Below are positions 14,320-26,566 of a stretch of 64,000 nucleotides of DNA, one piece after another (position 1 is the first letter of the stretch; the number at the start of each line of letters is the position of its first letter). The position numbers and the translations under genes were made by a program. The stretch lies in the NCBI GenBank assembly GCA_028534125.1, contig CM052816.1:32242001-32306000 (forward strand). The letters are read 5' to 3'. Origin of the DNA: Lama glama. Taxonomy: Eukaryota. Below the pieces are notes generated by a model that saw only the letters and a list, made by a program, of their open reading frames with translations, was not told where the DNA came from and ran no database searches.

Positions 14320-15225
14320 TACATTTCTCCAAAGAAGACATACAGATGGTCAACAGGCACATGAAAAGATGCTCAACATTGCTAATTATTAGAGAAATGC
14401 AAATCAAAACCACATAAGGTATTACCTTAACACCAATCAGAATGGCCATCATCAACAAGTCTACAAATAATAAATGCTGGAGAGGGTGTGGAGAAAAAGG
14501 AATCCTCCTATACTGTTGGTGGGAATGTACAGCCACTATGGACAATAGTATGAAGGTTACTTAAAAAACTAAAAGTAAGGTTACCATATGATCTAGCAAT
14601 CCCACTCCTGAGCATATATTCAAAAAAGATGAAAATTCTAATTCAAAAAGATACATGCTCCACAATGTTCATAGCAGCACTATTTACAATAGCCAAGACA
14701 TGGAAGTAACCTAAATGTCCATCAACAGGTGAATGGATAGAGAATGTGGTATATATATGTACAATGGAATATTACTTGGCCACAAAAAAGAGTGAAATAA
14801 TGCCATTTGTGGCAAAATGGATGGCCTAGACAATGTCATCATATTAAGTGAAGTAAGTCAGATAGAGAAAAACAAGCATCATATGATATCACCTATACGT
14901 GGAATATAAAAAATTATACAAATGAACTTACTTACAAACCAAAATAGACTCATAGACACATAAAACAAACTTACAGCTACCAACGGGGAAGGGTGGGGGA
15001 GGGATAAATTAGTAATCTTGGATTAAAATATACACACTACTATATTTAAAACATAAACAACAGGGACCTATTGTATAGCACAAAGAACTATATTCAATAT
15101 CTTATAATAACCTATAATGGAAAAGAATATGAAAAAGAATATATGTATTTATATATAACTGAATCACTTTGCTGTACACCTGTAACACTGTAAATCAAAT
15201 ATACTTCAATAAAAAATTTAAAATA
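14320..15225 (+). mobile_element. Younger L1 3' portion inserted at the tail of the L1MC
   Basis: Same family as 10665-11757. Ends in tacttcaataaaaaa. Confidence 0.85.
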
Positions 15226-15264
15226 AGATCTTCAATAAAAACAAATAGTAATAATAATATTAAT

Positions 15265-15960
15265 AGGAGGCTGAATAATTTATCAAAATATCAATACATG
15301 TTTTTTATTCTCCCATCCAAAGGTATTTTCCCCTCTCCATCCCAAGGAGGTTTTCTAAGCTTACGTTTTTTCATCCAAATATAAATCAGAAGCTTTTGGA
15401 CACCCAAAAGATAACACCTTCTCCTGGTTTTTATATCCAAAAACTTAAACTGAGAGAAGGAATTCCTGGGACATTCCACAGAAAGAGAAGAGAAAGTTGA
15501 GGACTTTGAGCAGGGGGAGGAGGAAAAAGAGCTTCTCTTAAAGAGTTGGGGGAACACTAGCTCATCTCCACACAGATGTAGCCACACACTGTCTTTCTGA
15601 AAGGCAACTAGCCTTCTGAAGGCTTTTAAAGGTGACCTGTGGAAGTGTGATGGGCATAGAATACCAAAAATCATGACCGTGGGAACCTTGGAAAAGATCT
15701 TATACCCAGTCTTGGCACAGAAGTGACAATGCTGTTACGTGGCTTGGGAAATGATGAGTCAGGACTGAAGGCTGAGGAGTATAATGTTTTGAACTGTGAA
15801 GAACCCTTAAAGCCTTTGGGTGATCAAGGTAGCAGGGAAAGAGCCTTAGTAATGATTGACATTTAATTTCTTGGCAGTCCACCAGGATGGGAGCTTGGAG
15901 AAAATCTGACCCAGAAAAATAAAGGGGGTGTAATAATTTCTTACTGCTTCATGTTATAAA
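15265..15960 (+). mobile_element. Solo MamGypLTR-like (Gypsy) LTR
   Basis: Start (ataatttatcaaaatatcaatacatgtttttt...cccctctcc) and end (ggatgggagcttggag...aaataaag) resemble recalled MamGypLTR consensus. The 3' part aligns with the LTR at 36.3 kb. Length is ~700 bp. Confidence 0.5.
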
Positions 15961-16741
15961 ACAAATACTAAATTTTCTACAATGACAATATTGGTAGAAA
16001 AATTCCCTGTATATATACCTTACCTTTTCAGCTGAAGTTTAAATAACCAGACAGAACTCTTCCAGAAAACCACTGATCAACGTTTTCAATTTCAAGAAAG
16101 GTCATCTATAGAACCATCAAGATAGCTGATGCAGTGGCAACAGCAGAAACATGCCTTGTATATACAATGAAGAAAATAAGGTATAAAAGATTTCTCTAAG
16201 GAACACGTAAAGGCCAATCACTTCTCACTCAATGGGACAAAATCAAAAAGAAATGAACTATAAAAATGCCAGACTTCCGCTTCTAAAAGTATATAACATT
16301 GTTCTTCTCATGTGAGTGGATACGGTCTAAAGTTTTGAAAGACAATTCAACTTTTTCATACTAACTGTAGGCTACAATTTATAGAAAAAAAAATCTCAGA
16401 GAGAATTTGCCTATATCTAATTTTAGAGTAGACATTTTCAAATTCACTTGACCATCTTTATAAGACAACTACAGTACAGAAGGTAATCGTAACTATCGTT
16501 ATGGGAATTTATAACTTACCAAGCCTGATACTGGAGACCAATCTCAGGAATAGATATATTGCTTGTATGCTTAGTCATTTCTTATACAGTACACCTCTTG
16601 AAGGTAGCAGATCATTCACATTGTTAATTCCCTGTGCTCTAGCACATTGCTTTGCACATGGTAGGCACTCAACAAATTTGTTTTAAATTGATTTAACTGT
16701 TTACTCAAACTTCAGGTTCCTAGCCAAGAGTAAACTAACTA

Positions 16742-17198
16742 TAGTAGATGTTTTTAGTGCCTCTCCGAAATCCCTGTCTTAGGTTAATGTGCCCATCTCC
16801 AAACTTCTGAAACTGCTATAGCCAATAGCTTATCCAAGTGACTGTCTCTAGAGCACTGCCTCAGCATTGTCCGGAGAACTCTATCACCATAATCACCCAA
16901 CTCTGACCACCCCCAGGGGACAGCCAGTGATTGGTTGATATGGGGTACAGAGTCTGGTCCTCCTGTCTCAAGGCAGGACAGCTCCAGGTTGGACCATTTA
17001 TGCTCCAGAGCCCTCTGTGAATCAGGCTAAGGCTAGACGTTACCTAAGACTTTATCATTGCTCAACTTCTCTGCCTTCTCTATCCTGCTTCCTTTACTCC
17101 CTTACAGATTTGTCCTGAAAAGCACCTCCTCACTAACTCACATATACCTAAATTTCTCTCTTGGGCTCTTCTTTTAGCAAAGTGTGATCTAAGATACA
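16742..17198 (+). mobile_element. ERVL LTR, LTR16-like
   Basis: Contains gccagtgattggttgatatggggtacag...tctcaaggcaggaca...catttatgctccagagcc, and ends ctaagataca. Confidence 0.7.
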
Positions 17199-18519
17199 AT
17201 GAATCTATATCTGTCTGTCTCTCTCTCATATACATGTGTACCATTCCACTAATATGACTCACATCTTCCATAAGTTGACTTTGAGTTTATTTCTGCTTAA
17301 CTTTGTTTAATAAGCATTGAATGCTTCCTGGACTTCACCAAACAAAGCTGTAGTTCCTAAAAAGGCACAGGGTCCGAAGCAGGCCTGAGAAGCTGATGAA
17401 GAGAGAATACTGAAGTTCGCTCCTGCAGTATCTAGACTATTTGAAAAGGGAGTTGGCAATTCTGAATATAACCAAATGTAAAATTCAACTAAAGGTCTAC
17501 ATTTCAAGAGAAAATCAGGCTCCCAGCTATGTGGAAAAATTCACATTAAAAAGATTTGTCACTACTAGTGATAACTTAAAATTGTACAGTAATGGGAAAA
17601 ACCACTAAGGTAAAAATCTAGTGACCTGGTCACCCATAAATATTTAGTTGGATTATTGTGCAGAAGTTTATAGTAAACATACATGTCATTTATTATATTT
17701 ACATAGACCACAAATTTTGGTATTTGAATTAATACAATCTAGAACTTTTTCATGAACATCTAATAAACAGAAGAGTGGAGGTAAGGTATAGTTTTTACCA
17801 ACATCAAGGATGGTAAAGTAAATGACCACCCTCAAGAGCCAACTCAATCAGCAGCTTACACTTGCTGCTCTCTCCCAACGGTGGTAATCAGATGACTTTA
17901 AGCTGCATCTCTGTAATTCTCTTGCTCTTCCTGGTCTCAAAGTGAATCAGGAGCTCTAAATATCATGTTTCCACCTCACTTTCAAAGACAGAAATCATGG
18001 AGAGGGGTAGCTTTCTCTCAGGGGGCAATAAATCTTTCCTAGGAGCCCACAGCACAAGTCCCCTGGCCAAAACCAGGTTCTCATGACCACTCCTAGGCCA
18101 GAGGGTGGACCTATTTTGCCTCAGATCATTTTCTCTACCTGAAACTTAAACAAAATGGGAGGAGATAATAGAAGAAAGTTTGTGACCCGGAAACAAACAG
18201 TTCTGCTATAGTCAACATAAAAATTCAGGGAATTCCCTTTAGCAAACCTATTTCTGAGTCTCCTTCTCAAAGCTATAGAGTCATTTAACCAAACTCTAGG
18301 CTCTTTCACCTAAGATAGAATTTATTTGCATATTTCTACACTGCTAGTTGTAAGGGAGAAATAGATTCATTACAATTCAAAGGTGTAGACAGTAGCATCC
18401 TCTAACTTTTCTCAAATAAGGAAAAAGGCCTAAAAACAGGATTGCTTTCCTCTGTACATTTTACAATACTACATAATTGTCCACATATGAAAGCCATTCA
18501 ATTCACATCATCCACTGAG

Positions 18520-18770
18520 GGGGGTAATGTTAAGTGTAATGTTAAGAACAGGGAGAACCTGACAGATGTGAGTTTAATCTACCTTCTTTCACGTACCAGC
18601 AATGTGACCTTGGGTCAGTCATTTTCCCTCTGTGTGCCTCAGTCTCATTATCTGCAAAAGGGCCCTATCGATCCCCAACTTGCTCTTTTGAGGATGAAGA
18701 TTATGTTAAAAAAAAAAAAGCAGTTTCTGGGCCACAGTCCATAAGTGATAACTACTGTTGTTAGTTCAAG
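18520..18770 (+). mobile_element. MIR SINE
   Basis: Core tgtgaccttgggtcagtcattttccctctgtgtgcctcagt. Confidence 0.75.
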
Positions 18771-19769
18771 AGTCTAACAGCTGAAACAATGATGGTCATC
18801 TATCCAGTTCCCATTTTCCCTGTCAACTAGAGCAAGAAAGTGAAAATGACCAGGATCAGCTTCATCTCTTTCCAACCTAAAGGTTTCTAAGAAGTTATGA
18901 TTTACTGGGAAGAATTTACAGGCCTGAATGATCCCTTCAGGGAGATTTCCTACAGCACGCCTCCTAGAAGACTTGTGAGTTGCTGGACGTAGTTTCTGTT
19001 ATTTCCACGAATTGTAATATGGAAATCCAGAAGTGGCTAATCTCATTTTAGTCCATTTTTCATTACTACTAATGGCTTTCACATATCTTGGTCTGAGTGG
19101 TGGGTTTTATGTATCTATTGTTTCAAATGTATAATAATTGTGTGATTATAACAAACATAAGTTCCATCCTGTAAGCGTCCTAGACAGCAGCAGTAATCCA
19201 TGCAGAGAAGGAAACTCAATACTTGAAATGCCTTCCGACATTTCAGAAACACTGTCATTTATGGCACAAGACATATTTTCATTAGTGAAATTCCTCTAGA
19301 TGCTTTTTTCTTTGCAAAGGTACACCGACTACACATTAGAGTAAATGGCTTTTCCAACCATACTACTAGTTGTACAATAAAGTTTAAAATTTCTCTTTGT
19401 TATTTCCAGTTTTTGTACTACATAAACTATGTCATGAATTAACAATACTTGAGATCTTTAAGTAATAGAAATTATATAAGCTAATCCTCAGTTCCTAACC
19501 CCTAACTGTCTTGTATTTCATTTGTATGGGTTCATTGGTGGAAGAGATCACAAAGCACCTAGCATTAAACACCTTTTTGGAAAAAATATTTTTGGTTTAC
19601 AGAAATAAAATACCATAAAATAAAGACAATAATTTCCAGAGACATTATTAAAAAAATATATCAAATAATAAATTAAAATTTCTCATAAAAATGGATGAAT
19701 TACTTAACTGTATGGAACAATACAGATAAATACACTGCATGCTGTTATAGCTAAGAAAATACATAATGA

Positions 19770-20032
19770 AACTATATGTCATGAGTTTTTGCTGCATAGA
19801 AAGAACCACAAAATCTCAACGATAAACAACAACGCACTTTTTGCTTGCTCACTTGTCTGCAGGTCAGTTGGGCTGCAGCTAAAGGCCCAGCATGGCCAAG
19901 CTTGACACAAAGCTCTGGGTTGACTCCAAGTCCACCGTAGATTCCAAGTCTGTGCCTTTCCTTGTCCTGGGCCCAGCAGGTTACCCCAGGCATGCTCTTA
20001 CAGAGATGGCAGAAGAGCATAAAAGCAAGCCA
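19770..20032 (-). mobile_element. MaLR LTR fragment (MLT1H-like) within L1ME remnants
   Basis: Contains ttgctgcatagaaagaaccacaaaatctcaa and gggcccagcaggttaccccaggcatgctctt. Confidence 0.6.
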
Positions 20033-21880
20033 ATGTATATACTATGACACCATTTATGTAAAATGTTTGAATAAACACAAAGCAAAACCATGCATTCTTT
20101 ATAGATACACACATGTATAATAAAGAATAAAAACATGAATGGAAAAAAGCACAATGATTGCAACATAGTGAAATGTAAGGAGAAGAGATAAACCTGGAGT
20201 TTTAGCTATAATAGTTAAAACTTAATTAAAAAGGAAAAGAGAGTCCACCAAAAAAAAAGTGGCAAAATATGAACATCTCTTAAATCTTAATGTGTGCTGA
20301 GTAAAATGGATGTCTATTAAAATTCTGTATGCTCAAAATAATTCATAATTAGAAATTTTGAATTATTTGAATTTTTTGAAAAACAGCATAAAGATGAATC
20401 AATTGCTTATAATATGTCTGGAAAACATTGTCTCATGGGAATCAAAGATTCACTGAACTGAAACAGTATCTGAGACAACCTGAAGACTCCACAAATGTCC
20501 TCAGTAACTTGTCCATATATTAACAACACTAACATATTCTCACCATCTGGGACTGCTTCCCTTTTCATAGCAGTCAGGACCTTTGTTCAAAACACTTCCA
20601 TAATTTATGAGAAATCCTAAAGTCTAATGACAACTTTAACTGCAGAGTTGACCACACATGTTGAACAATCTGATATTTTTGGATTTTGTCATACTTAAAA
20701 CTCTCCAGGGAAAATGCGGAGGCTGGAAGTAGCTAACAGAATGACAGCCAAATCTGATCATCTTCTTTGTTTTAAGGACAGCTCTTACTGGGTTGCAAAT
20801 ATAGACTGAATTAAAATCTGGATGTGTCCACAAAGAGAGAATGCTGTAACCTTAAAGTGGGGTGTTCTGTCAAACTTCAGCTGAGGAAAGGGAGCTACAA
20901 ATATTGAACACTGAGTATATATGTCAGGCATTTGTTTTAGGTGTATTTTCCCACATAGTCTTTATGGGGAAAAGAATGTCTTCCTCCATTCTTACTCTCA
21001 GTTGAAATCATCATTGTTGCCATAGTCACAGCTAAGTGTTATAAAAAGTTTTAAAAACTTGATTCATACTAATGTGTGACCAATGTACACAGCCCTGGAA
21101 ACAAGAGTAAAAACAAATTATTGTACTATGACTGAAAGTGAAGACTAGCTATAATTTACTTCAAATGATCTAAATAAAATAGTATCCTATAGAGATACAT
21201 GGAGATATTCTAAGGAAATTCTATTTAGTAAATAAATTAATAAAGCATATTATACTTACTTAGAAAATTATTACAATTGTTCATAGATAATATTAATGAA
21301 TTTAGAAATACTGCATCTTAGAACAGATACAGCCATCCAGACAATTCAACATGTTCCGTATATATAGATATAGTTATAGTTTCACTATAACTAGAGAAGC
21401 CAAATGAAGATAATAGGAGAGAGCAGTGGTCCCACAAGAGCACAATCTCTCTAGATGCTAAAATTTTATGTAAGAAGAAAAATCGGCAAACATATATTAT
21501 TGAGCAGGAAACTCTATTTCCCCTGAAGGAACAGATCATAACCCCGGACTAATGTATTCACCCAATTTCCCACTTTAAGCCCCAGAAAACACCAGCAACA
21601 AGTCTTCTTATTCCATAGAAGAAATTAATATTTTCCCTTCTATGCAAGCCTATATCAACTACCTAAATAATACAACATACTAGAGGAGCCATGAAATAAT
21701 AGCATGGGTTTTAAAAGTTTTCTAAGGCAAATAATCCCCCTTCTGCTCAGAAAACAAGGCTAAACACTCTGGCAACAGGTATATTACTGAGTACTCTATG
21801 GGGACTAGGTTCATTCAAGAAGTATTAACTGAACACCTACTATGTGCCAGACATAATGCTAGACCCTTGAGCATACAGTT

Positions 21881-22393
21881 GATGATAGGCAGCCTCTCAA
21901 TCCCCAGTAATCCCTACTTCCTGTTATTCATTCTGTGTAATCTGCCTGCCACCCCTATCCTACCCTTGAGTGTGGGCTAGAGCTAGTGACTCCCTTCCAA
22001 TGACTAGAAATGGCAAAAGTGATTGGATGTCACTTCCAAAATTAGATTACGAAAATACTGTAACTTCTGTCTTGGATTCATTCCCCCTCTCTCTCTTTCT
22101 CCCTCTCTCTCTCTCACTAGTCACCCTAAGGAAAGCCAGCTTACCATGTAGGGAGGCAACCTGGCCCACATAAATTAGCCTAGAAGTAGATCGTCTCCGC
22201 TGCCAGCAACCACAAGAGTGAGCTTGAGTGTAAATCCTTCAGCCCAACCTCAAGAGAAATCTTGAGCCAGAGGCACCCAGCTACACCACACCCAGATTCC
22301 TGACCCACAGAAACTGTAACATAATAAATGTTTGCTGTTTTAAGCTGCTAAATGTGGGGGTAATTTGTTAAGCAACAATAGAAAACTATTACA
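21881..22393 (+). mobile_element. MaLR LTR (MLT1E/F-like) inserted in an L2
   Basis: Contains cccttgagtgtgggctagagctagtgact, ccagattcctgacccacagaaactgt and ggtaatttgttaagcaacaatagaaaactattaca. Confidence 0.8.
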
Positions 22394-22619
22394 CTATGTT
22401 TGATACCACAAACAAGGTCCTTTTCTAAGTGTAGCTTACAACTGATGGCTAGAGATGGATATTAAACACAGACATAGATAATATAATTTTGTATAATTTT
22501 AAATCCTATGAGGAAAGTAAAACAAAGTAATGGGATAGAGGGTGACTGCATAGGTGGATAGAAAAGGAATCCCTTTCTGCAGAGACCAGAGTGAAGGGGG
22601 CCTGAGCAAAGGATATGTG

Positions 22620-22965
22620 CTATTCTAACAAATTAAATGAAAAAGCAGATATGAGAATCCAGCTGTCTTCTGTTAAGCCAAACATTAAAGAAACTTGCAA
22701 AACTTAAGAGCAATGCCATTCTTTTCAATGATTTTTTGTTTTAAAAAATATATTCATTTTCATTTAAAAATGTGATAGGTATTACATATTATTGCTATTT
22801 TAAAATGAATTAATAAATATTTTTTAATTTTTAAGTTTTCTGTTTTAATTTCTAATATAATAAATATAAATAGCTATAACTCACATAAACAAAGTCTTCT
22901 GAGGCTCCTCAATAATATTCAAGAGTATAAAGGGGTCCCAAGACTAAAATAAATGAGAATGCTAG
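22620..22965 (-). mobile_element. Charlie1-type fragment
   Basis: Reverse complement of the same Charlie1 5' end seen at ~770-1100. Confidence 0.75.
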
Positions 22966-25900
22966 TATGGAGTAGGTCATGGTAGGGAGTATAGATCTTA
23001 TTCTAAATTGAATGGTATAAAATCCACTGAAGGATTTTTAAGTGGAATGATATGACCTGATTTAAATTTTTAAAAGATTATTTGGGGGTCCATAAGGAGA
23101 ATGCACTATATGGGAGACAGATGTGGAAATCTGTCAGAACTTGGCAAATAATTACCCACAGATGTTTTCATGTGGACCTGAAGAGGACAGTTCCTAAACT
23201 GAGGGTTGAATTTTTTATATTAGAAAAAAAAATCCCATGTGAAAATAACTGATATCTCTATTGTGCAACTACAGACTTGCTAGTGTCATGTTAATAAAAA
23301 TACAGCAATAAACAAATTCTGATAATTTAGAATACAACATGGAATTTCTTTTTCATATGTTCCTCAGACCCTAGTGATTTGTTCCAGGCCTTAATGCTGT
23401 GCTCTGTGGACTTCATCTAAGCACACCATATAATTTCTAAGCAAAATAGCAAAATTATACTCTGGTGACATTCTCTACAAGATGAAACAATCAGAAAAGA
23501 GAGCTACCTGCTGGTTGCATTCGGCTTTGCTTTTGCCGTTATGAAATTCAAGCTCCTATAAACTGGCAGTAATAGAATTTCACCTGCCTTATAAATAGCA
23601 CTTTTCAAGATGGATAAAATGTTCTCTCTAACAGTGGTGTGTCATAGAAATAGAAAACAAACAAATCAAAGAAAAATACCTTCTAATTTTTGCATTGTTG
23701 GATGAAACACGGTGGGTTTTTTTTTCCTGCCAAGTATCAACCGACAGAAACAACAGGATCTAATCTGAAGTTCTAGAAAGTAAATATTTCAATTAAACTG
23801 AATTACTATGGGTGTTTTAGATATCTTTCCTGAGCTTTTCTGCCAACACTAAGGAATATTCAATGCTATTGATGACCAATAAGTTCTAACTTGACTTTTT
23901 TCCCCACGTTTCAGGAAATATAGTTAAAATGCTAGAAAAAACAGAAATTATATGTCTTTCTGAATTATGTCAATTTCTGACATTGTTCATATTCTCCTAT
24001 GTGAATTAATCAAGCATCAAAGTAAATGCCCACCACTTAGTGTAGGCTAAATACAGAACTACATCTTTCTCATTATCCTAAATAATTACCCTTACTTACC
24101 CTTCAGAAGTTTTTTTTTAAGATGAGAAAAGGAAAGGAAAGAAAAGAGAAAACCTCTAATAATTTTATTTTTTTCTGAATAGCAAAGAAGGATGGCATTA
24201 AAGAATAAAATGCAACAGCACAAAGAGAAGTGAAAATCTGCTGAGAAGAAGCTGCAGTGAGCTACAGAATACTCTTTTAGTCTGAATTGCTCATTGTGGC
24301 TTGCAACACTGGGAAAAGCAAGCAGAGGAAAGATCAGATTTTTCACTTCTCTTTGAGCCAGCTTCAGGCAAGCAGTTTTAATATAGCTATTGACCAGTGG
24401 CAGAACAGAAATTCTTTTCCTGGACATGTGATTATGAAGTCAAATGTGGAATAAGTGCAAATAAACTTGATATTAAAAAGTACAGCTTTATGAAATGAAA
24501 GTGTAATTATTTTTTATGTACTTTTTGTAACCCAGTGGAACTTAACCAGAGCAAATTTTAAACAGTATGTTTGAAATAGCACTTTATTTGCAGAATTCAT
24601 GTCATACAAATTTTCAAAACTGTATTTAAAGTAAAGCACATCAGGATTATTAAATTACTTGCCTTATAGCTAGAACAAGGAAACCCTTAAAGTTGGTTTT
24701 ATTTCCTTCTGCTTCTCTCCATCTCATATCCTTTTCCTTCACGCTTACTGACAAGCTCTCAAGTAAGCTCTCAAGACCCGACTGTTCCTGCTCTGTAGGA
24801 TGGTAACTGCCACAGAAAGCAGGGAGACTTAAACAGAAGAGGCATTAAGTGTGCCAGGGCCAACCTTATGTGTGGCAGCTGCCAGCATCATGTGGTTTTA
24901 AAAGTTCCAAAAGCCCTCCTTGCTGCCCACTCCAGCCCAATCTTTGCCCACTGGCTTCTATCTCAGAGACAGAAATTTCTATAGCTTCCACTCTTTGACC
25001 CAAGTTAGTAGAATCTCTTGTCTAAATACCAGTAATATGTAGGAGAGAAAGCATAGTGAGATTTAAGTGGAAGGGAAAAGAATTGTGAGCTTGACACTCT
25101 GGTGAGAGACTGCGAAACCCAAGCTTATTAAAAGTGAAATTTCATCTACAATGTATTTGTGTGGGTGAAATGAGGCAGGTATAGGGTCACTAAACTAGAA
25201 CCTTGGTGGATAAGTAATATAGTGACGAATGGATGCTCACTTACTGGGGGAAAATGAATTTTCCCACTGGAGCAGAAATCCAAAGTCTTGAAGCAAAGCT
25301 AATTCAGGAGCTACAGAGAAAGCCAGGCACCAAAGAAGCAAATCAGGGATAGGTCAGAGGAATTGTGCTCTGTGGGTCAGTTAAAGGCATCATGCAAATT
25401 CCTCGTTGATGGAAAAGAATATGATCAGCTTTGTACTCAAATACCACATGGAAGTGAAGTGGACTGTCCAGCAGGTTGGCATCTGTAACCTAAGGGGAGA
25501 ATTTTGGACTAGTGATGTAGGATAAAATACTTATTATCCACAGTGAACAGATGGAGGAGTGTGAAGGGGCAATATCACCAGAAAAATACAGTAAAGAAAG
25601 TAGGAGAGAGGATATAAATAAGAAGACCAGGAGTAGGCACTGAACTAGAAACGGGGCAAGAGAAGGATTTAGGAATAAAACAGAGAAACCACAAGAGTGT
25701 AGATAACTAAAGAAAGGAAAAAGTTTCAGGGGAAAAAAAATGTGTAGACAACAGTGTCAGCCAACAGAGAAAGTCAAGCAGAACAAGGTTGATTAAATGA
25801 TGTGGGAAGAGCACAGGGGAGGGCTCTGATGAACTTTCACTGCATAGACTCAGTCAAATAGAAGGACAGGTTGTGTGTGAGAAGAAAATGGAGGCACTAG

Positions 25901-26336
25901 GCATTAACCACTCAATGGTCATTAAAGGAAATAGTGAACCAAATGACAGCTTAAGGAAGGAGCAATGTTAAGTGAAGATTTTTCTCAAGGTAGAGACCTA
26001 AAAGAGATGGTAGATCTTATCTCCCCCTCCTGGTTCTGAAGGCAGTAAAAAGTGAGCATAAGTAGGGAAGAAGTAGGCAAGAACACAGAAAATTAACTCC
26101 CTCTCTATAGTAACAGATACTGGCTTCTCCTCCAGACACATTTGTTAAGGAATGAAGGAGGTTCCTCCAAATACTCCCCACTTCATTCTATCCCACCTCC
26201 CACCCACCCTGGGAACACTATTTGCTTTCTAGCAGTTTCCCACCCACAGGGTCTCAGTTCACTCCTTTGCACCAGTCCTGGTGCTAAGATCCATTCCGCT
26301 CCCTTGTTTCCAGCTAAATTGTCTACTTGCCTCTAG

Positions 26337-26566
26337 ATCAGGTTTCTTAACTTCTGTGCTACTGTCACATTGAACCCAGTAATTTTGGATAGGGGTGTGG
26401 GTGGGGGTTCCTGCGCATGGTAGGATGTTTAGTCGCATTCCTGGCCTCTCCCCACTAGATGTCAGTAGCATGCTTTCCTACAGTCCCAACAATCAAAAAT
26501 ATCTCCAGATAACGCCAAATATTCTCCTGGAGGCAAAATAACCCCCAACACATATTGAGAACGACT
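26337..26566. mobile_element. MER20 (hAT-Charlie)
   Basis: Contains gtaggatgtttagtcgcattcctggcctctccccactagatgtcagtagca...aaaaatatctccaga...ttgagaacgactg. Confidence 0.85.

Noticed and set aside
9268..14545. Recurrent similar ORFs ([16 protein letters not shown])
   Set aside because: Antisense translations of L1 ORF2 3' ends, not a gene family.
24092..24427. 111-aa minus-strand ORF
   Set aside because: Low-complexity F/L/S/K composition with no recognisable domain; consistent with chance.
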